A DNA stretch of 64,000 nucleotides from Leptolyngbyaceae cyanobacterium (GTDB lineage Bacteria; Cyanobacteriota; Cyanobacteriia; Phormidesmidales; Phormidesmidaceae). Made by a program: the position numbers and the translations under genes. Shown here piece after piece: positions 19,257 through 29,098 of this stretch (positions are counted from its first letter, which is position 1; each line of letters begins with the position of its first letter). The notes under the pieces are model-generated. The model had not been told where the DNA came from. It searched no databases and worked only from the letters and a program-made list of their open reading frames with translations. The stretch spans positions 192,001 to 256,000 of the forward strand of contig CBDHHL010000056.1 of NCBI GenBank assembly GCA_965263355.1, given 5' to 3'.

Positions 19257-20957
19257 TTGCCCATGTCGGATAGTGGCAAAAAAATTCTGGCCGTTGATGA
19301 TGTATTCACTAATTTAGAAATACTCACAGAGATTCTATCCTCTGCTGGGTACAGGGTCGCAGCATCTAGCAATGGTGAACGAGCTATCCAACGATTAGAG
19401 TTTTTTGAGCCAGATCTCATATTGCTAGATATACAAATGCCAGGGATTAACGGCTTTGAAACCTGTCTGCAGATTAAGGCTAATCCCAGTACAGCCCACA
19501 TTCCAATCATTTTTATAACAGCGTCATCAGATACTGACAGTATTGTTCAGGGATTCTCTGTCGGGGCAGTTGACTTTATCAGCAAGCCCTTTCAAGAACC
19601 AGAGTTACTAGCACGGGTTAAGACCCATTTACACCTCAGACATGTTAGTCAACTCTACAAATCAGAACAGAAAAAAACAGAAGAACTTATCCGTCTTAAT
19701 AACAAACTCCTACTGACACAGTTTTCTGTCGATAATGCAGCCGATGGCATTGTTTGGATCGATCAAAACTCAAATTGTTTTTATGCCAATACAGCGGCCT
19801 GCGATCTGCTCGAATATTCATTCGAAGAATTGACTGCATTATCAGTATCAGACATCAATGTAAATTTCCCAATCAGTCAGTGGAAACACCTCTGGCGTAA
19901 TATTAAGCGAAGTAAAAGTATCTCGCTTGAGTCTCAACATCGTACTAAAAGCGGACGAATTTACACAGCCGAGATTAGTATTAATTATCTTGCATTTGCA
20001 AATCGAGAGTGCAGTGTGATTGTCTTTCGTGATATTAGCGAGAAAAAGCAACTAGAAGCTGAACAAAAAGCTGCCGAAGTAAAAATCAATCAGCAAAATC
20101 TGGAGTTAGAAGAGGCCCTGAGAACGCTACAAAAAACTCAGTTAAAGCTGGTGCAACAGGAGAAAATGTCAGCACTGGGAAATTTAGTCGCGGGTGTCGC
20201 CCACGAAATCAATAATCCAGTGGCGTTTGTTGGGGGTAATATCTCTGAACTAAAACGTTGTTTGGTCGATCTAGTTGAGCATCTTACTTTGTATCGCCAG
20301 CAAGCTTCAGCTGCTAGTATTGCTACCCATGCAGAGAAGATTGAGCTTGAGTATCTATTGGACGATCTGCCAAAAATGATTGCCTCAATGGAAACAGGAT
20401 GCGATCGCATCCGCAACATTAGCGTTAGCCTACGCTCATTTGCCCGTGCCGATAAAGAAACCAAAGTAACTTATGATCTCCATGAAGGGCTAAACAGCAC
20501 GTTGCTAATTCTCAAACATCGCCTGAAGGCAAACACACAACGCCCAGCCATTCAAGTCCAAAAGTCCTACGGTGATCTGCCCGAATTTTCTTGTTTTCCA
20601 GGTCAGTTAAACCAGGTATTTATGAATCTTTTAGCTAATGCCATTGATGCTTTAGACGAAAGTAGTAAAGGCATTAGCTACCATGCCTTAGAAACAAATC
20701 CTCACCAGATTACGATTAGGACGAAATTTGATAATCACCAATTCCAAATCTACATTAAGGACAATGGTCCAGGTATTCCTGACCACATTAAGCCACACAT
20801 TTTTGATCATTTATATACTACAAAGGAAATCGGGAAAGGGACAGGATTGGGATTAACCATTGCCCAGCAAATCATCGTTGAAACCCATGGTGGCGAAATC
20901 ACCCTTAACTCAAGCCTTGAGCAGGGTACTGAATTTATTATTACTCTACCGGTGTAG
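19257..20957 (+). CDS. Hybrid sensor histidine kinase (REC-PAS-HisKA-HATPase)
   Basis: LLDIQMPGINGFE REC; PAS region; AGVAHEINNP H-box; QVFMNLLANAIDA, DNGPGI, GTGLGL. Confidence 0.93.
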   Translation: MPMSDSGKKILAVDDVFTNLEILTEILSSAGYRVAASSNGERAIQRLEFFEPDLILLDIQMPGINGFETCLQIKANPSTAHIPIIFITASSDTDSIVQGFSVGAVDFISKPFQEPELLARVKTHLHLRHVSQLYKSEQKKTEELIRLNNKLLLTQFSVDNAADGIVWIDQNSNCFYANTAACDLLEYSFEELTALSVSDINVNFPISQWKHLWRNIKRSKSISLESQHRTKSGRIYTAEISINYLAFANRECSVIVFRDISEKKQLEAEQKAAEVKINQQNLELEEALRTLQKTQLKLVQQEKMSALGNLVAGVAHEINNPVAFVGGNISELKRCLVDLVEHLTLYRQQASAASIATHAEKIELEYLLDDLPKMIASMETGCDRIRNISVSLRSFARADKETKVTYDLHEGLNSTLLILKHRLKANTQRPAIQVQKSYGDLPEFSCFPGQLNQVFMNLLANAIDALDESSKGISYHALETNPHQITIRTKFDNHQFQIYIKDNGPGIPDHIKPHIFDHLYTTKEIGKGTGLGLTIAQQIIVETHGGEITLNSSLEQGTEFIITLPV

Positions 20958-21143
20958 TATTTGATGTAACCTAGGGATCGCAGCCATGACCCAAAATTAA
21001 AAAGGTTTTTGTCTTAGTTTAAAGCTTTAGCAAAGCTGAGGAAATACTTTCTACTAATTTCATAGTAGTTCGGTTAATCTTGAGATCAAATTATGTGTTC
21101 GGCAAAAAATTAGTCTGCATTTTCTGCAAGCGAGGCAAGCATC

Positions 21144-22355
21144 TTGAATAAATCGTTAATTGCTATTGGAGCTGCTCTTTCAGCCATTGGAGTGATCAGC
21201 GTAGCACCTGCTGAAGCTGGCACCCTGACGTTTGACTTTGAGCTAGATGCCTCTTCACAGGTAACGTTTAATTCTGGGTTGGGTGGTCTTACTTTAGAGG
21301 GCGTCACTATACCCGATAGCCTGCAGGTAACGGCAGATAAGGTTGTCGGCAGCTTTACCGTTTTAGACGACCCGGCTCAAGTCACTGATGGTAGCTTGGA
21401 CTTAGGCTCCGACTTTTTGGATGATGCTTTGCTAAGTAGCACCTACAATGCCATGCTGGAGTCCCTTCTGGGTGATTATGGCCTAACTACCAGCGAAGTT
21501 GTGCAATCCGTTGATGATTTATTTAGTATCAGCCAATTTACAGGGGATGGCGAACTGACGTCGAAGGATTTCACCCTAGTAAACGATACGACTGCATTCG
21601 ATATTACCTACGACGATAGTACGAATGCCATTGCAATCACAGGATACGACACTGATGTGGCCGAAAGCTGTCTGTCTACCACATGCTTAATCGATGATGT
21701 CAACCTTAGCTTTGATGTCAATCTAGTCCTGAGCGAATTTATTAATGTCACCAATGAATTGCTGACCAACTCTAGCATTTCACTCAGCCCAGAGACGAGT
21801 GAGGCGATCGCAAATCTGCAACAAATGGCCTTCTTTGCCCAGTTTTTAAGTCCCACTTTAAACCTGGCAACAGTAGAATTAGAAAGCTTTTCAGCCATCA
21901 CTTCTTTTGATAGTTCTGACCCAACGGGGACTGACCTGGATATTGAGGTTACCGACGGTGTAATCACGGCAACCACCATTACAGGAACAGAGGAGGAGGA
22001 AATTTTTAGCGAATCCTTTGGCAGCCCAGAGGACTCTACCCAGTCATTGACAGTTGTCGCTACCCCGGCAGATGTGGTTAAACCGACCGCAGTTATCCTT
22101 CCATCCGAGACCAGTCCATGGGACTCTGCTGATCCAGTAACTGATCCAGTAACAGTCACCACTAAACCAACAGCGGTGACTAATACACCTGGTGGTTCAT
22201 TGACGATAACTACTTCAGGCCCCATCAAACTGGCCGATGCTGCTGCCATTAGCACCAGCGATGCTCAGGATGTTCCAGAGCCGTCTATTTTGATTGGGTT
22301 GTTGGGTACAGCTGTGTTGGTCAAACGTGGACGGAAACAGACTCCTGCTCAATAG
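21144..22355 (+). CDS. PEP-CTERM sorting-domain surface protein
   Basis: Signal peptide ending APAEA, acidic Ser/Thr-rich body, C-terminal DVPEPSILIGLLGTAVLVKRGRK. Confidence 0.88.
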   Translation: MNKSLIAIGAALSAIGVISVAPAEAGTLTFDFELDASSQVTFNSGLGGLTLEGVTIPDSLQVTADKVVGSFTVLDDPAQVTDGSLDLGSDFLDDALLSSTYNAMLESLLGDYGLTTSEVVQSVDDLFSISQFTGDGELTSKDFTLVNDTTAFDITYDDSTNAIAITGYDTDVAESCLSTTCLIDDVNLSFDVNLVLSEFINVTNELLTNSSISLSPETSEAIANLQQMAFFAQFLSPTLNLATVELESFSAITSFDSSDPTGTDLDIEVTDGVITATTITGTEEEEIFSESFGSPEDSTQSLTVVATPADVVKPTAVILPSETSPWDSADPVTDPVTVTTKPTAVTNTPGGSLTITTSGPIKLADAAAISTSDAQDVPEPSILIGLLGTAVLVKRGRKQTPAQ

Positions 22356-22383
22356 AGGGGGTTACATCAATTAAAAATCAAGT

Positions 22384-22431
22384 AAAAACACTCCAGGTAT
22401 TCTCTCTATGAGGTTATCTGGAGTGTTTTTT
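22384..22431. terminator. Bidirectional terminator-like hairpin
   Basis: AAAAACACTCCAG...CTGGAGTGTTTTT between convergent genes. Confidence 0.65.
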
Positions 22432-22471
22432 ACTGTTGTTAACCCATGGCTCAGCATGACTTGTTGCTCTG

Positions 22472-22867
22472 CTATGTTTGTGCGGCCTTGTAGGCAGCCC
22501 AGCCGCCGTGGTGAGAAATGTCGGGCCAGTTATGTTCTTCGATCAGTTTTTGGGGATAGAGCATTGCGATCGCACTCCCACCCCCCTCTAAACCCACCTC
22601 TGCCGGATACATATTCGGTGGTTCTGTGGACACCAAATAGTCATATTGCTCAGCCGTCAACTCATATAGTTCGCCAGGAATAGAAATCCCCCCAGACTCC
22701 ACCCCATAGATACCTGGATGCCAACCATCTTGAACCGAATGTAGCCGATAGCTAGCCGTCGTTTTCGCCTCACGGACAAAAGTTGCAGATTGCAGATTGC
22801 CATGATCCGGCTGTCCTCGTAGCGCTGAACCACAGATAAACACAATCTTGGTACCGTCATCGGCCAT
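22472..22867 (-). CDS. Gamma-glutamylcyclotransferase-fold protein (allophanate hydrolase C-terminal domain-like)
   Basis: VFICGSALRGQPDHGNL, ATFVREAKTTASYRL, PGI, SIPGELYEL. Confidence 0.72.
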   Translation of the reverse strand: MADDGTKIVFICGSALRGQPDHGNLQSATFVREAKTTASYRLHSVQDGWHPGIYGVESGGISIPGELYELTAEQYDYLVSTEPPNMYPAEVGLEGGGSAIAMLYPQKLIEEHNWPDISHHGGWAAYKAAQT

Positions 22868-22970
22868 GGGTAGTCTCTCCTTGATGATGAATACGATTTA
22901 TTAAACCTTATAGTGTTTTATTTCGCTGCAAGACTTGCCCATGGCGGGCTTGGCACCACAAACGTTCGGG

Positions 22971-23012
22971 GTAACTGTCGTTACAGATCTCCAACTGGGG
23001 CATTCATAGAAT
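22971..23012 (+). promoter_or_regulatory. Canonical NtcA-activated promoter
   Basis: GTA-ACTGTCGT-TAC (22971-22984), exactly 22 nt, then TAGAAT (23007-23012): GTAN8TAC-N22-TAN3T. Confidence 0.85.
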
Positions 23013-23081
23013 AATCTTTAAACAAATTTAAAAACTGAGTGACTGCTCACCCGGTTTTAATCCCAACTAGACACATCGCTT

Positions 23082-24389
23082 ATGGTACGTACAGTTGCTT
23101 CTACTATTGATACTCTGACAGTGAATGGGGATCGTCTGATGCAGATGATGACCGATGTCGGAACCATTGGAGCCTTACCCAATGGTGGTGTACGACGCCT
23201 CGCCTTTAGCCCAGAAGATCGAGCAGCACGGCAGCTAGTGCAGAACTGGATGGAATCAGCTGGAATGACTGTGACCATTGATGCTGCCGCTAATATGATT
23301 GGTCGTTATGAGGGCCATTTTCCCCATGCGCCGGCCCTAGCAACCGGGTCCCATTTAGATACAGTGCCCAATGCCGGTATTTATGACGGCACCTATGGTG
23401 TATTAGCGGGTGTGGAAGTGGCGCGAACGCTTCACGATCAGGGTATTCGCCCCGACCATCCCATTGAGGTGATTGTGTTTACTGATGAAGAACGCACCAT
23501 GATTGGCAGTAAGGCCATGGCGGGTAAAGCCAAACTGGAGCCTAACTTTTATGACCATCCCAACTATGAGCCCATTGAGATCGGTCTGAACTATATCGGT
23601 GGCAACTGGTCACAGCTACCCTCGGCCCAACGGAATACCGATGGTATGGCTGCTTTTGTAGAACTGCATGTGGAACAGGGGCCGGTGCTAGAAGCTGCCG
23701 GTAATCCCATGGGACTAGTGACCGGTATCGTCGGTCAGCGACGCTATCTAATCACTATCGACGGCAGCGCTAGCCATGCCGGGACCACCCCCATGACCAT
23801 GCGCCAGGATGCTATGGTGGCGGCGGCTCAGATTGTGCTGGAGGTAAATCGCATTGGCAATAAAACCGATGATGGCTATGGTGACCAGGTGGCCACCGTC
23901 GGCTCGATTAAGCTATCGCCCAATGTAGCTAATACGATCCCTGGGCGGGTTGAGATGACGCTGGATATTCGCGATCTGTCCAATCAGCGGTTGGACGCCA
24001 TGATTGGGGAATTGGAGGAGGAGGTTGGTGCGATCTCAGCCCAAACCCAAACCCAAATTCACCTCAAGCCCCAGTTACGTAACGAACCGGTGCCCGTCAA
24101 CTCTCATATTTACAACACGATTGCTCAAGTGTGCGACCAGCTACAGCTACCCGCCCAGGCATTGCCGAGCCGGGCCAGCCATGACGCCCAAATCATTGCC
24201 AGTATCACTGACATGGGCATGATTTTTGTCCCCAGTCAGGGCGGCATCAGCCACTCAGAAACTGAGTACACTACACCAGAACACTGTATTCAGGGGGCCA
24301 ATGTTTTATTGCACACGCTGCTAAAACTCGATCAGCACTACCGTTGTCCTGAAGAAATAGCAACTATTACGACAGAATCTAAAGTTTAG
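23082..24389 (+). CDS. Zn-dependent M20 hydrolase (allantoate amidohydrolase / N-carbamoylase family)
   Basis: TGSHLDTVPNAGIYDGTYGVLAG, FTDEE, FVELHVEQGPVLE, HAGTTPM, ASHDAQ, GISHSETE. Confidence 0.92.
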   Translation: MVRTVASTIDTLTVNGDRLMQMMTDVGTIGALPNGGVRRLAFSPEDRAARQLVQNWMESAGMTVTIDAAANMIGRYEGHFPHAPALATGSHLDTVPNAGIYDGTYGVLAGVEVARTLHDQGIRPDHPIEVIVFTDEERTMIGSKAMAGKAKLEPNFYDHPNYEPIEIGLNYIGGNWSQLPSAQRNTDGMAAFVELHVEQGPVLEAAGNPMGLVTGIVGQRRYLITIDGSASHAGTTPMTMRQDAMVAAAQIVLEVNRIGNKTDDGYGDQVATVGSIKLSPNVANTIPGRVEMTLDIRDLSNQRLDAMIGELEEEVGAISAQTQTQIHLKPQLRNEPVPVNSHIYNTIAQVCDQLQLPAQALPSRASHDAQIIASITDMGMIFVPSQGGISHSETEYTTPEHCIQGANVLLHTLLKLDQHYRCPEEIATITTESKV

Positions 24390-24477
24390 TGGAACTTTCC
24401 CAGCTCCTACAGCAACCATTGGTAGGTTTTATCCAGTTGTCTCCCAGGACACATATAGCGTTGTCCCATGTTCACTG

Positions 24478-24491
24478 GTAACAGATATTAC
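24478..24491 (+). promoter_or_regulatory. NtcA box upstream of the ABC transporter operon
   Basis: GTA-ACAGATAT-TAC; the -10 at 22 nt is imperfect (TACTAG). Confidence 0.65.
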
Positions 24492-24531
24492 TAACCGTCA
24501 CCGCTCATAGTTGTACTAGTTTTAGCTGCAC

Positions 24532-24608
24532 CTAAGCCACGTCCAATTTAAAGCCATTATTAGGTTCTTCTACGGAAAAGCTCTGGTTTTGGACGTGGAC
24601 AAAGTTTA
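24532..24608 (+). repeat. ~75-nt dispersed element, copy B (upstream of ABC ATPase)
   Basis: TAAGCCACGTCCAA...TTCTTCTACGGAAAAGCTC...TTGGACGTGGACAAAGTTTA; 10-bp perfect inverted repeat. Confidence 0.78.
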
Positions 24609-24636
24609 ATTATTGACCCTACAGGAGACAGTCCCC

Positions 24637-25842
24637 ATGGCGGTTAGTGCTGATCGGTCTTCACCGATGGCCCCTCAAGAACAGCCTTCAATGCCAACCT
24701 CTACTGTACCAACAGATACTGCAGCAGGGGTTTCTTTGCGCTCCGTTACAAAAAAATATGGCACCGTTACAGCTATTGAAAATATGACCCTGGATATTCC
24801 AGCAGGCATTTATTGCTGTCTGTTAGGTCCTAGCGGTTGTGGCAAAACAACAGCGCTGCGCATGATTTCGGGACATGAATCCGTCACCAGTGGTCAGGTT
24901 TTTATTGGCGATCGCTGCGTTAATGATTTACCCGCCGCCAAACGGAACACTGCCATGATGTTCCAAAACTACGCCCTATTTCCCCACAAGACCATCTGGC
25001 AGAATGTTGAATTTGGTCTGAAGATGCAGCGGCTCCCTCAGGCAGAGAGACATAAGCGAGTAGCCGAGATTTTAGACCTGGTCGGGTTAAGCCATACCGC
25101 TAAACGGAAACCTCACCAGCTGAGTGGCGGCCAGCAACAGCGCATTGCCCTAGCCAGAGCTTTGGTCACCCGTCCCCAGGTACTTATGCTAGATGAACCC
25201 CTTAGTGCTTTAGACGAAAACCTGCGAGTACGCATGCGAGGAGAATTGCGTAACATTCAAAAACAATTTGGTCTGACCTTTATCCAGGTAACCCACCACG
25301 TCGAAGAAGCTTTTTCCCTATCTGATCAGATTGTGGTGATGAACCACGGTCATATTGATCAAGTGGCCACACCTACCCAGCTATTTAACCAACCAACCTC
25401 CCAGTTTGTTGCCAAGTTTATCGGCGACAACAATATTTTCTCTGGCAAAGTATTATCCTCTACCCCCCACGAAAACGGCAAAGACCTAATTCGGCTCGAC
25501 ATCGAGGGCATCGGCACCTTACACGCCATTGGCCACAGTATTCCACCTGGTACGGATGCCGCCTGTTGTGTCCGCCCCGATCTCCTCACCCTAGAAAAAC
25601 CTGACTCTCCCCCTCTCCCCCTCTCCCCCTCTCCTTCTCTTCCCACCAACATCCTTACCGCCCGCATCACCCAGGTAGAACTCACCGGTTTTGTCACCCG
25701 TGTAGCCCTGATCTCTACCGTCGCGGGTCAACCGCTACTGCACACCCTACGGACAGTAGATTGGAACAACCTTGCCCTGCAAGAAGGCCAGAGCGTTTTA
25801 CTCAAATGGTCTGCCAACGACTGTGTTTTCCTAGCGCATTAG
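24637..25842 (+). CDS. ABC transporter ATP-binding protein (PotA family)
   Basis: GPSGCGKTT, FQNYALFPH, LSGGQQQRIALARAL, LDEPLSALD; ATG 24637 follows CAGGAG (track start TTG 24613). Confidence 0.93.
   Translation: MAVSADRSSPMAPQEQPSMPTSTVPTDTAAGVSLRSVTKKYGTVTAIENMTLDIPAGIYCCLLGPSGCGKTTALRMISGHESVTSGQVFIGDRCVNDLPAAKRNTAMMFQNYALFPHKTIWQNVEFGLKMQRLPQAERHKRVAEILDLVGLSHTAKRKPHQLSGGQQQRIALARALVTRPQVLMLDEPLSALDENLRVRMRGELRNIQKQFGLTFIQVTHHVEEAFSLSDQIVVMNHGHIDQVATPTQLFNQPTSQFVAKFIGDNNIFSGKVLSSTPHENGKDLIRLDIEGIGTLHAIGHSIPPGTDAACCVRPDLLTLEKPDSPPLPLSPSPSLPTNILTARITQVELTGFVTRVALISTVAGQPLLHTLRTVDWNNLALQEGQSVLLKWSANDCVFLAH
25605..25644 (+). repeat. Short tandem octamer repeat inside the ABC ATPase gene
   Basis: (CTCTCCCC)x3 + CTCTCCTT + CTCTTCCC encoding SPPLPLSPSPSLP. 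Confidence 0.8.
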
Positions 25843-25926
25843 ACAATGACCGAGCGTGAATAAACGTTTGACCATTGTTTAGCCGAATTCACAGAACTAA
25901 CTTGACTCTGTTTCTAGGATTGATAT

Positions 25927-27240
25927 ATGACTAACATCACTCGTCGTAAGTTACTTTACACTGGCCTGGCCGCTGGAGCTGCCGTTGCAACAACCCGCTG
26001 CGCTTCCTCTGAAGCTCCAAAAGGTACCCCTGATAATCCAGCCCCTGGTCCTGAAGTCAACACTAACCAATCTAAGGATGTTACTCTGCGCCTCATTGGT
26101 ACCGGTGTTTCCCAGATCAACGAAATCCGCGACAAAGCGCAAGAAGATCTGGGCTTTAAGCTAGAAATGCGGGCCTTGAGTACTGAAGAAAACAATCAGA
26201 TTGCCATTACCCAACCTGATCAATACGATATCTTTGACGGCGAATATTTTAGCTTGCCCCTGGTTGTGCCCTCGGGTAACCTGCAACCCATTGACGTTTC
26301 CAAAATTAAGGATTGGGACAAGATTGTTCCCTTCTTCACCAGCGGTAAATTTGAAGGCATGCCCGTAGAAGCCTCTCAAGGGACTGCACCTTACAAGGTA
26401 ATGTACCTAACGGGCGCAGATTCTAAGGAATTCTCGACCACACCCACGGACTTTGCCACCCTGATCCCCTTTCAGTACAATGCCGATACCTTAGGCTATC
26501 GTCCTGACCTAGTGGGTCGTACTATCGAAAGCTGGGGCGAGCTATTCAACGAAGAATTTAAGGGCAAAACCTCTATCCTCGATATTCCTCAGATTGGCAT
26601 CATGGACGCCGCCATGGTGGCAGAGGCCCTGGGGCTGATGACCTTTGGCGACAAGGGTAACATGACCAAAGAAGAAATCGATAAGATTACCGATATCCTG
26701 AAGGAACAAAAAGCCAAGGGTCAGTTCCGAGCCTTCTGGAAAACCTTTGATGAGTCAGTGAACTTTATGGCGTCGGGTGAAGTGGTGCTCCAGTCCATGT
26801 GGTCTCCAGCGGTAACTGCCGTTCAGGCCAAGGGCATTGAGTGTATCTATGCCCCGCTTAAAGAAGGTTATCGCGGCTGGGGTGGCGGTATCGGTCTCTC
26901 CAAGAACCTTAGCGGTATTCAGCTAGATGCGGCCTATGAGTATATGAACTGGATGCTAGAGGGCTGGGTAGGTGCATTCCTGGGTCGTCAGGGGTACTAC
27001 AGTGCTGCGCCTGAAAGTGCTAAGAAGTATATGTCCGCTGAGGAGTGGGACTTCTGGTACGAAGGTAAGCCCGCCGCAGTTGATATGGTGGATCCCTTTG
27101 AGAAAACCCTGGCGAAGGCCGGAGCTGTTCGCGATGGCGGGTCCTTTAAGGAGCGTTTTGGTAATATCGTTTGCTGGAACTCCACTATGAAGGAGAATAC
27201 TTACCTTGTCCAGAAGTGGAACGAGTTTATTGCCTCATAA
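25927..27240 (+). CDS. ABC transporter substrate-binding protein (PotD/PotF superfamily), twin-arginine signal
   Basis: TRRKLL Tat-like signal; YNADTLGYRPDLV, IESWGELF, MASGEVVLQSMWSPAV, KEGYRGWG. Confidence 0.9.
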   Translation: MTNITRRKLLYTGLAAGAAVATTRCASSEAPKGTPDNPAPGPEVNTNQSKDVTLRLIGTGVSQINEIRDKAQEDLGFKLEMRALSTEENNQIAITQPDQYDIFDGEYFSLPLVVPSGNLQPIDVSKIKDWDKIVPFFTSGKFEGMPVEASQGTAPYKVMYLTGADSKEFSTTPTDFATLIPFQYNADTLGYRPDLVGRTIESWGELFNEEFKGKTSILDIPQIGIMDAAMVAEALGLMTFGDKGNMTKEEIDKITDILKEQKAKGQFRAFWKTFDESVNFMASGEVVLQSMWSPAVTAVQAKGIECIYAPLKEGYRGWGGGIGLSKNLSGIQLDAAYEYMNWMLEGWVGAFLGRQGYYSAAPESAKKYMSAEEWDFWYEGKPAAVDMVDPFEKTLAKAGAVRDGGSFKERFGNIVCWNSTMKENTYLVQKWNEFIAS

Positions 27241-27246
27241 GAAACG

Positions 27247-27336
27247 TCCCCTCTTGGGCGGGGTGCCGGTCAGGCGGGATGGGCTTCGACCGTTATCGCT
27301 AGTGATCAACCCACCCCTGCCCCTCCCAGGAGGGGA
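27247..27336. repeat. Inverted doublet of REP-like repeats between the binding-protein and permease genes
   Basis: TCCCCTCTTGGGCGGGG...GATGGG then CCCACCCCTGCCCCTCCCAGGAGGGGA; same family as 13391-13422. Confidence 0.68.
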
Positions 27337-27362
27337 TGTTGGTGGCAAACTTATTTTTTGTT

Positions 27363-28220
27363 ATGGCTAAAGCCTGGACTAACCTTAAACCATATCTCCT
27401 TGCAACGCCCCAAGCATTGGCCCTGGGGCTATTCTTGATTTTTCCCATCCTGTTAATCGCGGTGGTCAGCTTTTGGGAGTTTAACGGCTACTCCATGACT
27501 CCCGCCTTTACCCTGGATAATTACATCGGTATTTTCACATCTGATGTCACACTCAAAACCTATCTAAACACCTTTAAATTTGTCGGCCTAACGTGGTTGT
27601 TTACACTGTTAATCGGCTATCCGGTCGCCTACTTCTTATCGTTTCACGTGCCTAAACTACGCTGGCAGGTGTTGTTGTTTTTGGTCTGCACCATTCCATT
27701 TTGGACTTCTAATATCATTCGCATGATTTCCTGGTTGCCATTACTGGGAAGAGAGGGATTGGTCAACCAAATGTTGATAGGCACAGGCCTAACCCAACAG
27801 CCCTTGGAATTTATACTTTATTCCGATTTTGCCGTGGTCTTGGGCATGGTGCACCTCTATGTGATTTTTATGATTGCGCCGATCTTCAATAGCCTGATGC
27901 GCATCGACCGTACGCTGATTACAGCGGCAGAAGACATGGGGGCATCTGGGTTTGGTGTCTTTAAAGAAGTGATTTTTCCTTTATCGGCTCCTGGTATCGC
28001 TATTGGCTCTATTTTTATTGTCACCCTGGTGATGGGTGAATTTGTCACTGTTCGACTGATGGGGGGCGGTCAGGCGGCTTCTATCGGCAAGCTGATTCAG
28101 ACCCAGATTGGTAGTTTGCAATATCCACTGGCAGCAGCTAATGCCATTGTGTTGTTGGCAGTCACATTACTGGTGGTAATTTCGATTTTGCAGTTAGTGG
28201 ATATTAGAAAAGAACTATGA
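27363..28220 (+). CDS. ABC transporter permease (PotB family)
   Basis: TIPFWTSNIIR, EAA-like TAAEDMGAS, IFPLSAPGI; track ATG 27336 overlaps the REP end, so 27363 is preferred. Confidence 0.92.
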   Translation: MAKAWTNLKPYLLATPQALALGLFLIFPILLIAVVSFWEFNGYSMTPAFTLDNYIGIFTSDVTLKTYLNTFKFVGLTWLFTLLIGYPVAYFLSFHVPKLRWQVLLFLVCTIPFWTSNIIRMISWLPLLGREGLVNQMLIGTGLTQQPLEFILYSDFAVVLGMVHLYVIFMIAPIFNSLMRIDRTLITAAEDMGASGFGVFKEVIFPLSAPGIAIGSIFIVTLVMGEFVTVRLMGGGQAASIGKLIQTQIGSLQYPLAAANAIVLLAVTLLVVISILQLVDIRKEL

Positions 28221-29029
28221 AAAAACGCTCTCTTTCTTTCTTTCTCCTGGCCGCATTTTTTGGGCTGTTTGTGATCTTTCTCTATGGCCCGATGATCACT
28301 ATCTTTATTCTGTCGCTGCAAGGGCCAGAAGGGACTCTTACCTTTCCGGTTAGGGGGTTTAGTTTTTATTGGTTGGGGCAGGTATTTCAGGAGCAGCGGG
28401 TAGGGAATTTTGTGGAGCCATTTTTGCGATCGCTAGTCCTAGGCGGTATCGTCACTGTCCTGGTAGCCAGCATGGCCGTATCCGCTGCTATGGCTTTTCG
28501 TCAGCGTTTTCGAGGTTCGACGATTCTGTTTTATCTCAGCATTGCCAGCCTGATTGTGCCCAGTATTTTAATCTCCCTGGGACTGGGGGTAATGTTTCAA
28601 GTAATGCAGTGGCCCACCCGATGGTATAGCTCTGGGCTGGGTGCCCACCTTACCTGGACATTGCCCATTGCATTTTTGATTATGTTGGGCATTTTTAATC
28701 GGTTTAACCCCTCCTATGAAGAAGCAGCTAGGGATTTAGGTGCCAACGACGCCAGGACATTTTGGGAAATTGTGTTGCCGCTAATTGCTCCCAGTCTTGT
28801 CGGCGTCAGTCTGTTAACATTTACCCTATCCTACGACGAGTTTACCCGCACATCTTTGGTTTCTGGGCAGTACAACACCCTGCCCTTGGAAATCTTTGGC
28901 ATGACGACAAATGTAACCTCGCCCGCCCTCTATGCTTTAGGTACATTGACCACTCTGTTTTCATTTAGTTTAATTACCATCGCCTATGTACTCTACAAAC
29001 GTTTATCAAAGCAACGCCTATCGAAGTGA
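28217..29029 (+). CDS. ABC transporter permease (PotC family)
   Basis: FLYGP, YEEAARDLGA, FTLSYDEF, TLPLEIF; 4-nt overlap with the previous gene. Confidence 0.92.
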   Translation: MKKRSLSFFLLAAFFGLFVIFLYGPMITIFILSLQGPEGTLTFPVRGFSFYWLGQVFQEQRVGNFVEPFLRSLVLGGIVTVLVASMAVSAAMAFRQRFRGSTILFYLSIASLIVPSILISLGLGVMFQVMQWPTRWYSSGLGAHLTWTLPIAFLIMLGIFNRFNPSYEEAARDLGANDARTFWEIVLPLIAPSLVGVSLLTFTLSYDEFTRTSLVSGQYNTLPLEIFGMTTNVTSPALYALGTLTTLFSFSLITIAYVLYKRLSKQRLSK

Positions 29030-29098
29030 CGTAATTAAACTCTAGGGATACTATTCAGCATTGAAGTAAGCTACTTTACCGGTCCTTGGGACTATCAG

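Noticed and set aside
21608..22255. 215-aa minus-strand ORF
   Set aside because: Antisense to the Thr/Ser-rich PEP-CTERM gene.
24357..24370. Possible third NtcA box ATA-N8-TAC
   Set aside because: The first G is missing and it lies inside the hydrolase coding region.
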